From a virus, in IMG/VR virus record IMGVR_UViG_3300005264_000022, positions 4,791 through 68,790 of that record: 64,000 nt of DNA. The stretch is one strand, 5' to 3'. Of the stretch, positions 1 to 9,539 are shown piece by piece. The notes beneath the pieces are model-generated. The model was given only the letters and a program-made list of their open reading frames with translations, was not told the DNA's origin and made no database searches. Numbering within the stretch: position 1 is the first letter of the stretch; every line of letters starts with the position of its first letter. The position numbers and the translations under genes were made by a program.

Positions 1-241
1 CAGTATTATTGCATTTAATATATTCCATAGTCTCTATTGTAGTATCTAGTTTTATATGTGGTATTGTAGATACATCCTTACTTAGTTTCTTAGAACTCAT
101 TCCAGTAGTTATGCTATCATCTAATAACCACTTTAACATCCCTTTAAACCAATAATCATCTTTGTTATCTTTTAGGAATAATTCCTTTTCATTAGTACTA
201 GTAGTTTTACTTAATTGTATTACTTTTTCATATGAGTTCAT
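1..241 (-). CDS. Probable phage ATP-dependent DNA ligase, N-terminal part (runs off window)
   Basis: Manual translation from ATG 241 after a GAGG RBS: MNSYEKVIQLSKTTSTNEK...LKWLLDDSITTGMSSKKLSK...MEYIKCNNT. This resembles phage ligase N-termini; the catalytic motifs are not in the window. Confidence 0.55.
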   Translation of the reverse strand, partial: MNSYEKVIQLSKTTSTNEKELFLKDNKDDYWFKGMLKWLLDDSITTGMSSKKLSKDVSTIPHIKLDTTIETMEYIKCNNT

Positions 242-250
242 ATTATCCTC

Positions 251-520
251 CTATTGTTCTAATATTAATCCAATTTTTATATCCTTGATTCTTCTATTAT
301 CAATATGATCAAATAATTCACCTTTATAATAGAAATGTATCGTATTATCTATTATCTTACTACTTATATCATTATGTAGTAAACAATCTAACTTAGCGAC
401 TATTTCATTATTTGTTCTATATTTCTCCGCACAATATATATACTTAATATAGTGTATTGCTCTCATATAGTCCATCTTTTCTGAGAATGTTACACATAGT
501 GTTCCACCTTCTAATTTCAC
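251..520 (-). CDS. Hypothetical phage protein
   Basis: ORF track; same strand as the surrounding operon. Confidence 0.5.
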   Translation of the reverse strand: MKLEGGTLCVTFSEKMDYMRAIHYIKYIYCAEKYRTNNEIVAKLDCLLHNDISSKIIDNTIHFYYKGELFDHIDNRRIKDIKIGLILEQ

Positions 521-718
521 CTACATCAACCTCTCTCTAAAATCCTTAGTCATCTCATCTAGCAATTCTTGACACACATCATTACTATCTTGTTTCCATA
601 TTTTCTGCAATTTGCAAAAGGTAACTTTGTTATTCTCTATTCTATCACCTTCATATTCACATCCATCACAAGTACATTTTTTACTCACTCAATCCTCCCT
701 ATTTTAATTTTATATCTA

Positions 719-747
719 ATAATATCACATATGATTGTGTATGTCAA
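719..747 (-). promoter_or_regulatory. Sigma70-type promoter
   Basis: TTGACA-N17-TATTAT on the - strand. Confidence 0.6.
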
Positions 748-752
748 CACAT

Positions 753-1745
753 TTATACTAATTCATTCCAATATTCTTTTTTAATTAATTTCATTTCCTT
801 TTTATCAAATATAGCCTTTGGTAATAAGAAGTTCTTTATAACAAAATCCCTAGTTAATACAAATAACTTATTCTCGTCGCTATCTGCATATAATTGCTCT
901 GCATGACTAACTAACTTATTTCTAGTCTGTGCATTTAGTTGCTTAAAGTTGTTATAATATCCATCGACTAGTTTATCTATCATCAACATTTTATCAGTAC
1001 CAACTCTCTCCTTTCTAGTTAATTTTAAATTATGTTTTCTAAGTTTTAGCACCTCTTCGTCAAACTGCTTGATTATATTACTTTGATTGTCTATAGCAAG
1101 CGTTTTAACACCTTTTACCTCTTCGATCACTACAGACTTAGGTATTACATTTGCACCTATTTCGTCTGTTAAATTATCTCCTAATTCCCTTACTAATCTT
1201 CTAACCTTATACTTTCTATTTTTCTTTCCATCTATAAACTTCTTAGAGTTAGATAAAGTTGATTGTATTTCTCTAAAGAATGTAGCATTGTTTTTAACAA
1301 ATTCAAGCTCTGACTTAACTAGTTCTCTACCTATCCTTATCTCTGCAATCCTATCCGCTACATACACCTTCCTAGCATCAGTTATCACATCTCTTTTTAA
1401 TTGTAGGTAATGTTCAAAGTCCATCACTTCATCTTGGCTATCTTTAATTTTAATTTCCAATAGTTTCATATATGCACCATAGCCCAATTTATTAAGTTGA
1501 TCTACATTCGACACTATACTTAGAAAATCCTTCAAACTAGTAGCCTTTGCATCTTTTAAATAATCCTTTGATACAACAACATCTTTTTTTACTTTTCTAC
1601 TATCAAACAATTCTACACCATTACTCTTTAGCTCTGCCCTTATCTTTGATACCTTAGATTGGCTTAACCCTGTCTTGATTATTGCATCTTTTAGTGATGA
1701 CCCTTTTACTACATTTAATATATCTTCATCATACATATTCAACAT
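753..1745 (-). CDS. Hypothetical protein, possible N-terminal HTH plus coiled coil
   Basis: 330-aa ORF with AGGAGG RBS; SLKDAIIKTGLSQSKVSKIRAEL is HTH-like. Confidence 0.6.
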   Translation of the reverse strand: MLNMYDEDILNVVKGSSLKDAIIKTGLSQSKVSKIRAELKSNGVELFDSRKVKKDVVVSKDYLKDAKATSLKDFLSIVSNVDQLNKLGYGAYMKLLEIKIKDSQDEVMDFEHYLQLKRDVITDARKVYVADRIAEIRIGRELVKSELEFVKNNATFFREIQSTLSNSKKFIDGKKNRKYKVRRLVRELGDNLTDEIGANVIPKSVVIEEVKGVKTLAIDNQSNIIKQFDEEVLKLRKHNLKLTRKERVGTDKMLMIDKLVDGYYNNFKQLNAQTRNKLVSHAEQLYADSDENKLFVLTRDFVIKNFLLPKAIFDKKEMKLIKKEYWNELV

Positions 1746-1775
1746 TTGCTAACCTCCTGTTTTGTTGTTGATAGT

Positions 1776-1804
1776 ATTATATATTATTTAGTAGCATCTG
1801 TCAA
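1776..1804 (-). promoter_or_regulatory. Sigma70 consensus promoter
   Basis: TTGACA-N17-TATAAT. Confidence 0.8.
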
Positions 1805-1815
1805 TAATTATTTAT

Positions 1816-1842
1816 AAAAAAAGAGAGATAATTAAATCTCTC
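1816..1842 (-). terminator. Intrinsic terminator
   Basis: GAGAGAT/ATCTCTC stem followed by a T-tract on the - strand. Confidence 0.65.
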
Positions 1843-1846
1843 AATT

Positions 1847-2263
1847 TTATTCTCCCACTGGGATAAACTCTCTATCATAAACCAAGCCACCCGTATATGT
1901 AGGCTCTGCATATACCTCTACAATAGGACCAGTCTTTATATTAGCTTGTCTATTTAGATTAGAGAATGAGCCAATAGCACTAGTCTGTTCATAGCCTATT
2001 TGAGTTCCTACATCCGTTACAGTTGGAGCTTCTATAATCTCTATATCATAATATCCTCCGCCTTCTACTTGCATTACTCTATTAACTATATGAACTAGTC
2101 TATTACCTCCATTACTATCAACCTTACCAACTCTGACTAGTATGGATACCTCACCACCGTTTTTATCTACCTCTTGATGTGCTACATGGCACTGATATGC
2201 CTTCCCACTGAATATATATTGTACTATATACGGTCTATTACCAAATATTGTTTTTATTGCCAT
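1847..2263 (-). CDS. Beta-rich hypothetical protein (possible virion accessory)
   Basis: Third gene of a 3-gene operon behind the putative late promoter. Confidence 0.55.
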   Translation of the reverse strand: MAIKTIFGNRPYIVQYIFSGKAYQCHVAHQEVDKNGGEVSILVRVGKVDSNGGNRLVHIVNRVMQVEGGGYYDIEIIEAPTVTDVGTQIGYEQTSAIGSFSNLNRQANIKTGPIVEVYAEPTYTGGLVYDREFIPVGE

Positions 2264-2598
2264 GAGATCACCTCTGTGACGAATAACGGGACTTCGTCTA
2301 TTTTAGCTACTGCATATATCTTAGTATTAGAGAATGGCTTTACGTCTATTATATCTATATCTCCCGATCTAATTAATTGCCCTTCACCATATACCATATT
2401 CTCATCAAAGCTCCAATATACATAATAGCTAGAGAAGTTCTTCAACATAACTTGATGTCTACCTTTGATATATTCTGTACCTGCCTTACATTCAGTAGAT
2501 GTAGAATTTATATATATTTCTTTTGCAGTAGTCGATGGCGATGCAACTTTCTCCTCATTCAATATTCCCTGCCTTCCTAATCTTACTGTATTTGTCAT
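2254..2598 (-). CDS. Small beta-sandwich-like protein (possible virion accessory)
   Basis: LKNFSSYYVYW...GQLIRSG...IYAVA pattern shared with 2611-2853 and 62563-62823. Confidence 0.55.
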   Translation of the reverse strand: MTNTVRLGRQGILNEEKVASPSTTAKEIYINSTSTECKAGTEYIKGRHQVMLKNFSSYYVYWSFDENMVYGEGQLIRSGDIDIIDVKPFSNTKIYAVAKIDEVPLFVTEVISWQ

Positions 2599-2610
2599 AC
2601 TACACCTCCT

Positions 2611-2853
2611 TTATGTAATAGATACATCTGTTTTTGGATTACCCCTTACAAATAAATATCTACCGTCTGTTACGTACTCTAACCTTTCACCTATTTCAAT
2701 AGGATATCCTATTATATTAGAACTGGGGACTTCATCTGCCTCAGATAAGTAAACGTAAAATTCTTTCTTTTTATCTATATTTTTTATTATTACTGAACTA
2801 CCTAGAACGGGAATGTTTTCCCATTCTGATAGTGTCTTGTTGTTTGTTATCAT
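2611..2853 (-). CDS. Small beta-sandwich-like protein, similar to 62563-62823
   Basis: MIT start; IIKN...FYVYL...GYPI...EYVTDGRYLFVRG. Confidence 0.55.
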   Translation of the reverse strand: MITNNKTLSEWENIPVLGSSVIIKNIDKKKEFYVYLSEADEVPSSNIIGYPIEIGERLEYVTDGRYLFVRGNPKTDVSIT

Positions 2854-2886
2854 TCATACCTCCTTTTATTATTTTATTGACCCACT

Positions 2887-2913
2887 ATATTAGACACTAC
2901 GATAGTCGTGACA
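2887..2913 (-). promoter_or_regulatory. Putative phage-sigma (late) promoter
   Basis: TGTCA-N13-GTCTAATAT directly downstream of a terminator; same motif and spacing as at 43126, 48764 and 61318. Confidence 0.65.
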
Positions 2914-2915
2914 GT

Positions 2916-2939
2916 AAAAAAGTAGGAAATAAATCCTAC
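2916..2939 (-). terminator. Intrinsic terminator
   Basis: GTAGGA/TCCTAC stem plus T-tract. Confidence 0.65.
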
Positions 2940-3112
2940 CTAATTATATTATCCGTAATAATCCATAGCTAGAGATTTAATTCTTTTTACAGAAGACGGC
3001 TTTGGTTCTTCCTTCAATACTTCTCTAATTGCTCCAGTATAAGTATTACCACCTTTTACTAGCTCACTCACTTCTTTTAATTCTCTCATAAATTTTACTT
3101 GCATATATCCTC

Positions 3113-3457
3113 CTAGTTAGATCCTATGATAACGTTTGATACATCTACATTGTTAGCCTTAGCCCAAGCAACTAAATCATCAGTATTGCTTATGACAGTT
3201 GGCTTAGTCCATATATGATTCATAGAATTGACAGTTAAGCTTCTACCTAATATTTGATGTTCCTCTGTTATTTCATACACACTTACTATTTCATTATCTT
3301 TGTAAATATCGCAAATATAAGCAACCTCTCCGAAGTTAGATGTATTTCCATTTTGCCAACCTACTAACGTTCCAATATTAGTAACAGTAACTAAACCTCT
3401 TATCCCTTCTTTATCCTCTAATACCATTCCACCTTTTAATTCAATACCATCTCTCAT
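3113..3457 (-). CDS. Hypothetical phage protein
   Basis: ORF in operon context. Confidence 0.55.
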   Translation of the reverse strand: MRDGIELKGGMVLEDKEGIRGLVTVTNIGTLVGWQNGNTSNFGEVAYICDIYKDNEIVSVYEITEEHQILGRSLTVNSMNHIWTKPTVISNTDDLVAWAKANNVDVSNVIIGSN

Positions 3458-3460
3458 TCC

Positions 3461-4651
3461 TTATCCTCCTATGTATTTACTTATTTTTAATTCTTTAGTT
3501 TTTGCATACTTTTTTATAAACTTCATTTCATCTGCACTCGGATTCCTATTTAATAGTCCTTTAACTTGATATATTGTATCATTTTGTATCTCCATTGTTA
3601 ACAATCTTTCATCAATTTCTTTTTTATTTCTAATGAATACTACTAATGTCTCTCCATCTATTACCTTGTTTATATATGATTTAACACAATGCGAAAGCTC
3701 TCTTCCCTCTAACTTCATATCATCGGTATCTTTTGGATAAATTACTATAAAATTTCCATTATCTTCATATTCTAAATTAGTATTAATATACATCTCTGCA
3801 AATATCTCTTCCGAGTACTGCTCTTTAAATAGGTTGTAATGAGATGATATAATGTCATGCTTACTTCTTAAAAATTTAGGATACTTTTCTACCGACTTTT
3901 TGTTCCTAGCCATAGCTAAGCTTTGTGAATAATAATCTTTTAAGTAGCCTAAACTACCACCAAACCTTATACCCTCTATTTCTTTTATGTAGACTATATA
4001 ATCAACAAACGATTTATAATCATAATTATACTCTTTTATAAACTCAATCATTTGTTCAAATCTCCACACATTTAATCTTATAAAACTTTTTACACTAGAG
4101 ATATCGTGTTTCATATTCATATGTCTAATCATATTGAAATATACATCTCTATTCTCACTATTTACTATCCTAAAAAAAACATTTTCTATTTTACAATTTC
4201 CATCACTACACACGTTTATTAATATTCTAATTATATCTTTTGGTATTAACTTCATGTCTACATTGCTTAGATATACATTATCCCTTAAATTAATCCCTAA
4301 CTTATGAAATGGCTCTGCTTTTATATATTTACCCATCCTAGACAGGAATGTCCCTACACTATAACAAGTGTTTTCTTTTTTGTTTACATATTTCATAAAG
4401 TCTATGAACTTCTCATCATTTATATTAGAAAAAGCTCTATCTATATTGTATCCTCGAAAGAATAATGTTAAACTTTTAGCTTGAGACTCTTTTCCATTTT
4501 TTTCTCTAAACATATTTCCAGTCTTTAGATCATACTTGGCAATACCCCTTTCATCATGGCTAAATATTAACACTCCTCTATCTTTAATTACATTCATCAA
4601 TGTACCCTCATCTCCATCTATTATTTTAATTCTTTTAAAATCTAACCCCAT
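3461..4651 (-). CDS. PcfJ-like domain protein
   Basis: C-terminal EGRELSHCVKSY...VFIR...TMEI...QVKGLLN motif. Confidence 0.75.
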   Translation of the reverse strand: MGLDFKRIKIIDGDEGTLMNVIKDRGVLIFSHDERGIAKYDLKTGNMFREKNGKESQAKSLTLFFRGYNIDRAFSNINDEKFIDFMKYVNKKENTCYSVGTFLSRMGKYIKAEPFHKLGINLRDNVYLSNVDMKLIPKDIIRILINVCSDGNCKIENVFFRIVNSENRDVYFNMIRHMNMKHDISSVKSFIRLNVWRFEQMIEFIKEYNYDYKSFVDYIVYIKEIEGIRFGGSLGYLKDYYSQSLAMARNKKSVEKYPKFLRSKHDIISSHYNLFKEQYSEEIFAEMYINTNLEYEDNGNFIVIYPKDTDDMKLEGRELSHCVKSYINKVIDGETLVVFIRNKKEIDERLLTMEIQNDTIYQVKGLLNRNPSADEMKFIKKYAKTKELKISKYIGG

Positions 4652-5216
4652 TTAGATCTGCCAGTCTTTTCACTTGTGCATTTAATGCTCTTATTTCTCT
4701 CTCTATCGTATTCTTTTCTCCAAATCTAGCAATCAGTTTCAAGCAGTGAAACAAGATTCCAGTATCATCCTTTTTGTTTAATTTCCATTGTCTAGTAATA
4801 AAGTATGGATCTAGTCTTACACTACCATTATCTATATCTGATTGTGTTAATTCATATTCGAATCCATAATGTTTATCGGAAAAACCCCCATTGTTTGTAG
4901 ATTGCCCTTTACCTTCCTTATTTAACATATCTTTCATTTCTCCACTAGCCACTGTTTCATCATAATCATATATGTTCATTTCTTCCTCCTTAGTTACAAG
5001 TTCATCGTCATAAATCTCTCCAGTTTTTTCAACTACATCATAGACATTACCACTACAAAAATCATTTTCTTTTTCAAAATCCTCTATCATTTTATCTCTA
5101 CCCTTTCTGACATTATAACAAAACACTTCATTTGTTCCAATAATATTATATCTATATTGTTCATTATGACTCAAACAATGGTCTATCACTTCTTTATAAT
5201 TCATTATTCCCCTCAA
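4635..5216 (-). CDS. Hypothetical protein with DUF3310-like C-terminus
   Basis: GGFSDKHY...DPYFI...FHCLKLIARFGEK pattern. Confidence 0.45.
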   Translation of the reverse strand: MRGIMNYKEVIDHCLSHNEQYRYNIIGTNEVFCYNVRKGRDKMIEDFEKENDFCSGNVYDVVEKTGEIYDDELVTKEEEMNIYDYDETVASGEMKDMLNKEGKGQSTNNGGFSDKHYGFEYELTQSDIDNGSVRLDPYFITRQWKLNKKDDTGILFHCLKLIARFGEKNTIEREIRALNAQVKRLADLNGVRF

Positions 5217-5230
5217 GTCCGTTCTCTTTC

Positions 5231-5332
5231 TTATTTTTTTTTCTCACACGCATAAATTCTTCCAAAGTTACTAACTTTATATAACCCTTCATACCCTTCA
5301 ACGTCTTTCCAAATTTCAAATTTATCTATCAT
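5231..5332 (-). pseudogene. NUMOD4 homing-endonuclease N-terminal remnant
   Basis: Manual translation MIDKFEIWKDVEGYEGLYKVSNFGRIYACEKKK*; resembles the N-terminus of 21746-22258 and has no HNH domain. Confidence 0.7.
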
Positions 5333-5862
5333 ATTTTTATATCTCCAAGAGAGCTACGTTTGAGAAGCCATCCACCAATAAATGTTTCATTTTTTTCTCT
5401 AGCTTTAGTAATTTCTATATAACGGGAAATCTTGTTCGCCTCAAATATCAGTCTTAGCCTCGATGGATCATTAAACCTATTTACATGACCTATTGTATTT
5501 TTACCTATCATTCCATCAACAACTAAAGGATTACCTTCAACGCACATATTGTAAGCCTCTTGTAATATCTTCACAGCTCTACTCCTACCCGAATTTACTG
5601 CTATGTCAAATACTTTATATGCCAATTTTTGATCGCTAAATTCATCTAGTCTTAATGGATTCCAATATCTATTTGAATATATTTCCATAGCTAATGAATA
5701 TGGTAGATCTTGCATCCTACCTCTATATCCATACTCTCTAGCAACTGCCTCTGTTATTCCATATCGAGTCGCCCCTCCTAAATCTCGACTATCATTCACA
5801 TAGCCTTTCTCTAATCCTATCGTCTTCTTTATACTAGCCTTGGCTAATTTACTCATACTCAT
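5329..5862 (-). CDS. Endolysin, glycoside hydrolase family 108 with peptidoglycan-binding domain
   Basis: EKGYVNDSRDLGGATRYGIT, FDIAVNSG, VDGMIG and FIGGW motifs; start placed at the ATG after AGGAGG. Confidence 0.9.
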   Translation of the reverse strand: MSMSKLAKASIKKTIGLEKGYVNDSRDLGGATRYGITEAVAREYGYRGRMQDLPYSLAMEIYSNRYWNPLRLDEFSDQKLAYKVFDIAVNSGRSRAVKILQEAYNMCVEGNPLVVDGMIGKNTIGHVNRFNDPSRLRLIFEANKISRYIEITKAREKNETFIGGWLLKRSSLGDIKI

Positions 5863-6129
5863 TAATAATATTCCTCCTATTAATATAATTTTAATCTTAT
5901 CAGACATTTATCACATCCACAAATAATTCTTGTATTACTTTTTTCTATAAGTTTCACTACATATTTACCTATAATATTTGTATTTTGAGATTTTATAGTA
6001 TTTTTATATAATTTACCACTCACATATAGCTCTGAGAGTTCGCTAGTAAGCCACTACGAAGTTTTAAATCAAATTAGGTAATCTAACTAAGGTAAAAACT
6101 CAAGTGGCTTAAAAGCTCTCATATAAGCT

Positions 6130-6396
6130 CTATACTTTTTCTAATATAATTTTCTTAATATCCTTCTCTTTTCTATTAATATATTCTAGTAATTCTGTTA
6201 AAGTTTTAGCTTCGTCACATGACTCATTCATATAAATTCTAATAATTTCATTAATTGCACTTTTAATATCTCTGTGATACCCTCTGTGAGTCCAAGACTC
6301 TTTTTTAACTCCATCTTTTTCTGTTATTGATTTCTCATGTAATGTTACATTGAAATAATCGCTATTAACCAATTTCCATTTATCAAATAATATCAT
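6130..6396 (-). CDS. Hypothetical phage protein
   Basis: ORF with GGAGG RBS. Confidence 0.6.
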   Translation of the reverse strand: MILFDKWKLVNSDYFNVTLHEKSITEKDGVKKESWTHRGYHRDIKSAINEIIRIYMNESCDEAKTLTELLEYINRKEKDIKKIILEKV

Positions 6397-6405
6397 TTAA
6401 TCCTC

Positions 6406-6744
6406 CTAATCTACAAATTTAATTTCTTTTACATCGTACTTACTCAAACTTTCATATATATTTCGTGCTTTTATATAATTTTTAAATGCTCTATTTTTAG
6501 CATTTATTAATAATTGCCTTTTTATGTACTCGGTATCACAATCTCTCTCATAATACGCAATATTTCTATCTTCTTTTAATATTCCTATTTGCATCCTTTT
6601 TAGATATACAGAATTGTTATTTTCATCTCGATATTCACCACGATCTTTTCGTCCGCATATTCTATGCAACGTCAATGGTCTTTTTATAAAGTATGATTTT
6701 TTACTAGTTATACATAGCCTCAACTGTATTATTTCATCCTCCAC
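6406..6744 (-). CDS. Hypothetical phage protein
   Basis: ORF with GGAGG RBS. Confidence 0.55.
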   Translation of the reverse strand: MEDEIIQLRLCITSKKSYFIKRPLTLHRICGRKDRGEYRDENNNSVYLKRMQIGILKEDRNIAYYERDCDTEYIKRQLLINAKNRAFKNYIKARNIYESLSKYDVKEIKFVD

Positions 6745-7127
6745 TATACCCTCCTATACTCTTTAGTCTCAATTCCTAGTTTATTAGCCATAGCAAAGAA
6801 TTTCTCATTATGCCCTTGATTGCTTTCACTTAACATTTCAGTAGCTATATGTACTACCTCATGTTCTATTACACTCTCAATCAACTCATAGCTACGGCTC
6901 TTCAACTCTTTGTTTATCTCTAACACTACATTTGTAACATTTTTACCATTTCTAGTAATGCCTACTCTAGCATTTATATTATTTGGCAACTCTTTTATTT
7001 CTATATCTATAATATCTAATACACTCTTATCTAAATGCTTCACTATTATTTCTTCTGCTATAATCTCCATTTGAATATTAGAACACATATTTATCACCTT
7101 CAAATAATCTGAATGTATAATAGCCAT
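6744..7127 (-). CDS. SprT-like zinc metalloprotease
   Basis: HEVVH plus downstream GHNEKF motif. Confidence 0.75.
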   Translation of the reverse strand: MAIIHSDYLKVINMCSNIQMEIIAEEIIVKHLDKSVLDIIDIEIKELPNNINARVGITRNGKNVTNVVLEINKELKSRSYELIESVIEHEVVHIATEMLSESNQGHNEKFFAMANKLGIETKEYRRV

Positions 7128-7506
7128 GCTCCGTTTTTAATAGCTTTACATCATGCAATCTTTCAAAATATCCTAATGCACGCTTAATATCATAATCAGT
7201 ATATCCTAATTCGCTAGATATGTATTCCATTGGATCTTGTCCTTGTTGTGGTAAATTGTTAAATTTAATATTACTCTTTTTTATTGCATATATCTTATTC
7301 ATAATAGAATGTTTGTGATCTAACTTTTTATATTCAGATTCAATCTTTCCTTTTCTATGTGAAGTGATTTTACCAGTGCCAGTGGGGTGTTTCTTAGCTC
7401 TACCATGTAACTTCAAATGCCTATAGCTATATTTAACACCACCTCTTACTGATGATTTTGTTAGTAATACTCCTAACACCTCGATCCGATAATCAATTTT
7501 CGCCAT
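7078..7506 (-). CDS. Basic hypothetical protein
   Basis: ORF with RBS, downstream of the promoter at 7536-7565. Confidence 0.55.
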   Translation of the reverse strand: MAKIDYRIEVLGVLLTKSSVRGGVKYSYRHLKLHGRAKKHPTGTGKITSHRKGKIESEYKKLDHKHSIMNKIYAIKKSNIKFNNLPQQGQDPMEYISSELGYTDYDIKRALGYFERLHDVKLLKTEHGYYTFRLFEGDKYVF

Positions 7507-7535
7507 GTATTTCCTCCCTTGATCTTTATATAGAG

Positions 7536-7565
7536 ATTATAACACATAGCTGAAATTGATGTCAA
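7536..7565 (-). promoter_or_regulatory. Sigma70-type promoter
   Basis: TTGACA-N18-TATAAT. Confidence 0.7.
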
Positions 7566-7574
7566 GGATTTATT

Positions 7575-7891
7575 TTAAAATTGAACTAATTCTCTACCAA
7601 CTAAAACTTTATTCTCTTGCCCCATAGATTCTCTAGGTGCATACATTTCTTTTATTTTACTATTTGGAACAAATGTAAGAGCCTCTGCTATATTATCTCC
7701 TTGTTGTGTTGTTACTTGAACCACACATCCAACACCATATATTTCCATAGCTTTTGTTGATTTCATCCATCCCTCATCTTTTGAACTAGCCTTTGAAATT
7801 AATTTAAATGTATTACCATTTCCCCAAAATTTAATATCCTTTACATTTTTTTAGCTTCATTTGCATCTGTGTTTCCTAATGATTTTTTCAT
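7575..7891 (-). pseudogene. Phage protein interrupted by a 1-nt frameshift in an A7 run
   Basis: ATG 7891 (GGAGG RBS) reads MKKSLGNTDANEAKKM*. Adding one A at 7846-7852 gives ...KKNVKDIKFWGNGNTFKLISKASSKDEGWMKSTKAME, continuous with ORF 7575-7766. Confidence 0.65.
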
Positions 7892-7903
7892 ACTCCCTCC
7901 TAT

Positions 7904-9172
7904 TTATCTACAATCAATTATAATACCTTGTATATCTTCTCCAACTATAAACATATTCTGTGATACAGATGAAAATGATATGTTTAATTTTTTATCAGAG
8001 TAACTATTTTCACCACATAGACTAGAACTTCTTGCATAATCCGCAGTTAATAGCCCACTATGAACATGACCAAATAGCGAATAATCAGCCCATATTCCAC
8101 TATACGTAAACCATCTTTCTTTTACTGATTTGATCTCTCTGTCTAAATTTCCATGTTTTAAATTATTTCCATGCAATAAAATTATCTCTTTTCCATTTAC
8201 ATTAATCATATCTTCTAATTTATCGCAATCGTTAATGAAGTTTGCGTGTTTTAAGTATCTCCTCTTGAGCATTTGGTATACCATATAGTCTAAACTATCT
8301 TTTGCTATTTCATCCACATTAGACATATGCTCATATTCTTTCATTCTCGATTCGTTACCTACCACACCCGACATACTAAGCTCATAACCTTTCTCCAACA
8401 GATAATCTACCATCTCGCAATACAAATCAAAAGACCTAACAAAAGCCTCTGCTCTGACATATTGATTTGTTAATAATTGATCCGTTCTGTATGAAAGATT
8501 TGTTAAATCACCAGTAAATACAATATTAATAATACTTATGTTCATAGGTTCTGCATATTCTAAACACTTATTCACATATTTGAAAAGCCTCTGCCTAGCT
8601 ACATCCATATTAAATTTATTAGTAGGCAAATCTATCTTTTGACCCAAATGCAAGTCCGATAACTGGAGGATCATTTGCTTATTTAAATTCTCCTCTCTAG
8701 GTTTAATATTACACGGCTTATAGCTCGGGCATCTATTTTCAACATATCCCATCAACGATTCCATAAAATTAGAATACACTTCATCATTACGGAATAGAGA
8801 TCTGTCTTCTTTTCTTAGAACTCTTAGATTATCTCTAGCAGCCTGTAATTGTTTTCTTAATTTAGAGTTCTCAACTTCTAATGCTTCATCTACCTTTTTA
8901 ATTATAACCTTCTCATTATTTGGATAATGGCTTGGTTTTAATTCTCCAGTCCTAATTTCCTTTCCATAGCTAATTGATATACCACCATCTTCAAATTCAC
9001 ATACATATCTCTTAGTATAATTCTTTCCAATGGAATGTATTCCTGTTACCTTAAACTCACCATTTCTATTACTAGCAAAAGTTCTATTTATGTATTTTTC
9101 CATATCGTTTTGACTAGGTTTAATATTGTTATCTACTCTATACATCTTACCTCCTAATATATAATTACCCAT
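7904..9172 (-). CDS. Calcineurin-like metallophosphoesterase with N-terminal extension
   Basis: SDLH, GD, GNE, HG and GHVH motifs. Confidence 0.85.
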   Translation of the reverse strand: MGNYILGGKMYRVDNNIKPSQNDMEKYINRTFASNRNGEFKVTGIHSIGKNYTKRYVCEFEDGGISISYGKEIRTGELKPSHYPNNEKVIIKKVDEALEVENSKLRKQLQAARDNLRVLRKEDRSLFRNDEVYSNFMESLMGYVENRCPSYKPCNIKPREENLNKQMILQLSDLHLGQKIDLPTNKFNMDVARQRLFKYVNKCLEYAEPMNISIINIVFTGDLTNLSYRTDQLLTNQYVRAEAFVRSFDLYCEMVDYLLEKGYELSMSGVVGNESRMKEYEHMSNVDEIAKDSLDYMVYQMLKRRYLKHANFINDCDKLEDMINVNGKEIILLHGNNLKHGNLDREIKSVKERWFTYSGIWADYSLFGHVHSGLLTADYARSSSLCGENSYSDKKLNISFSSVSQNMFIVGEDIQGIIIDCR

Positions 9173-9180
9173 TCTTTACC

Positions 9181-9510
9181 TTATGCTTTTAATATTTCAA
9201 TAGCTTTATCAACCGCCTCTTCACCACATAACTCACATTCTTCCCATTCATCCTCCGACATATTATCATATAGGAACTCGTCAACAAATTCAGAAAATCT
9301 TTGTCCATCAACACCTTCGCCATCATCATACATTTCTAATTCTTGAGCTAAATCTCTGCACTTTAAATGTGTTTTCCAAGTGTACAAGTCACCCTCATAT
9401 TTTAATTTTGAATATTCATATTCTTCACCTTTATTTATTTTTCCATCACAAAACATACAAGTGTGCTCAATCCTAGCTTCTTTATTTTTCATTGATATCA
9501 TTTCTATCAT
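9181..9510 (-). CDS. Zn-ribbon-like hypothetical phage protein
   Basis: ARIEHTCMFC...KTHLKC. Confidence 0.65.
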   Translation of the reverse strand: MIEMISMKNKEARIEHTCMFCDGKINKGEEYEYSKLKYEGDLYTWKTHLKCRDLAQELEMYDDGEGVDGQRFSEFVDEFLYDNMSEDEWEECELCGEEAVDKAIEILKA

Positions 9511-9539
9511 TTTATACCTCCTAATAAATAGCTACGGAA

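Noticed and set aside
5863-5907. Hydrophobic N-terminus suggesting a SAR endolysin
   Set aside because: The IGGILL codons are the AGGAGG RBS and spacer for a downstream ATG (5862 or 5856), so the segment is probably untranslated.
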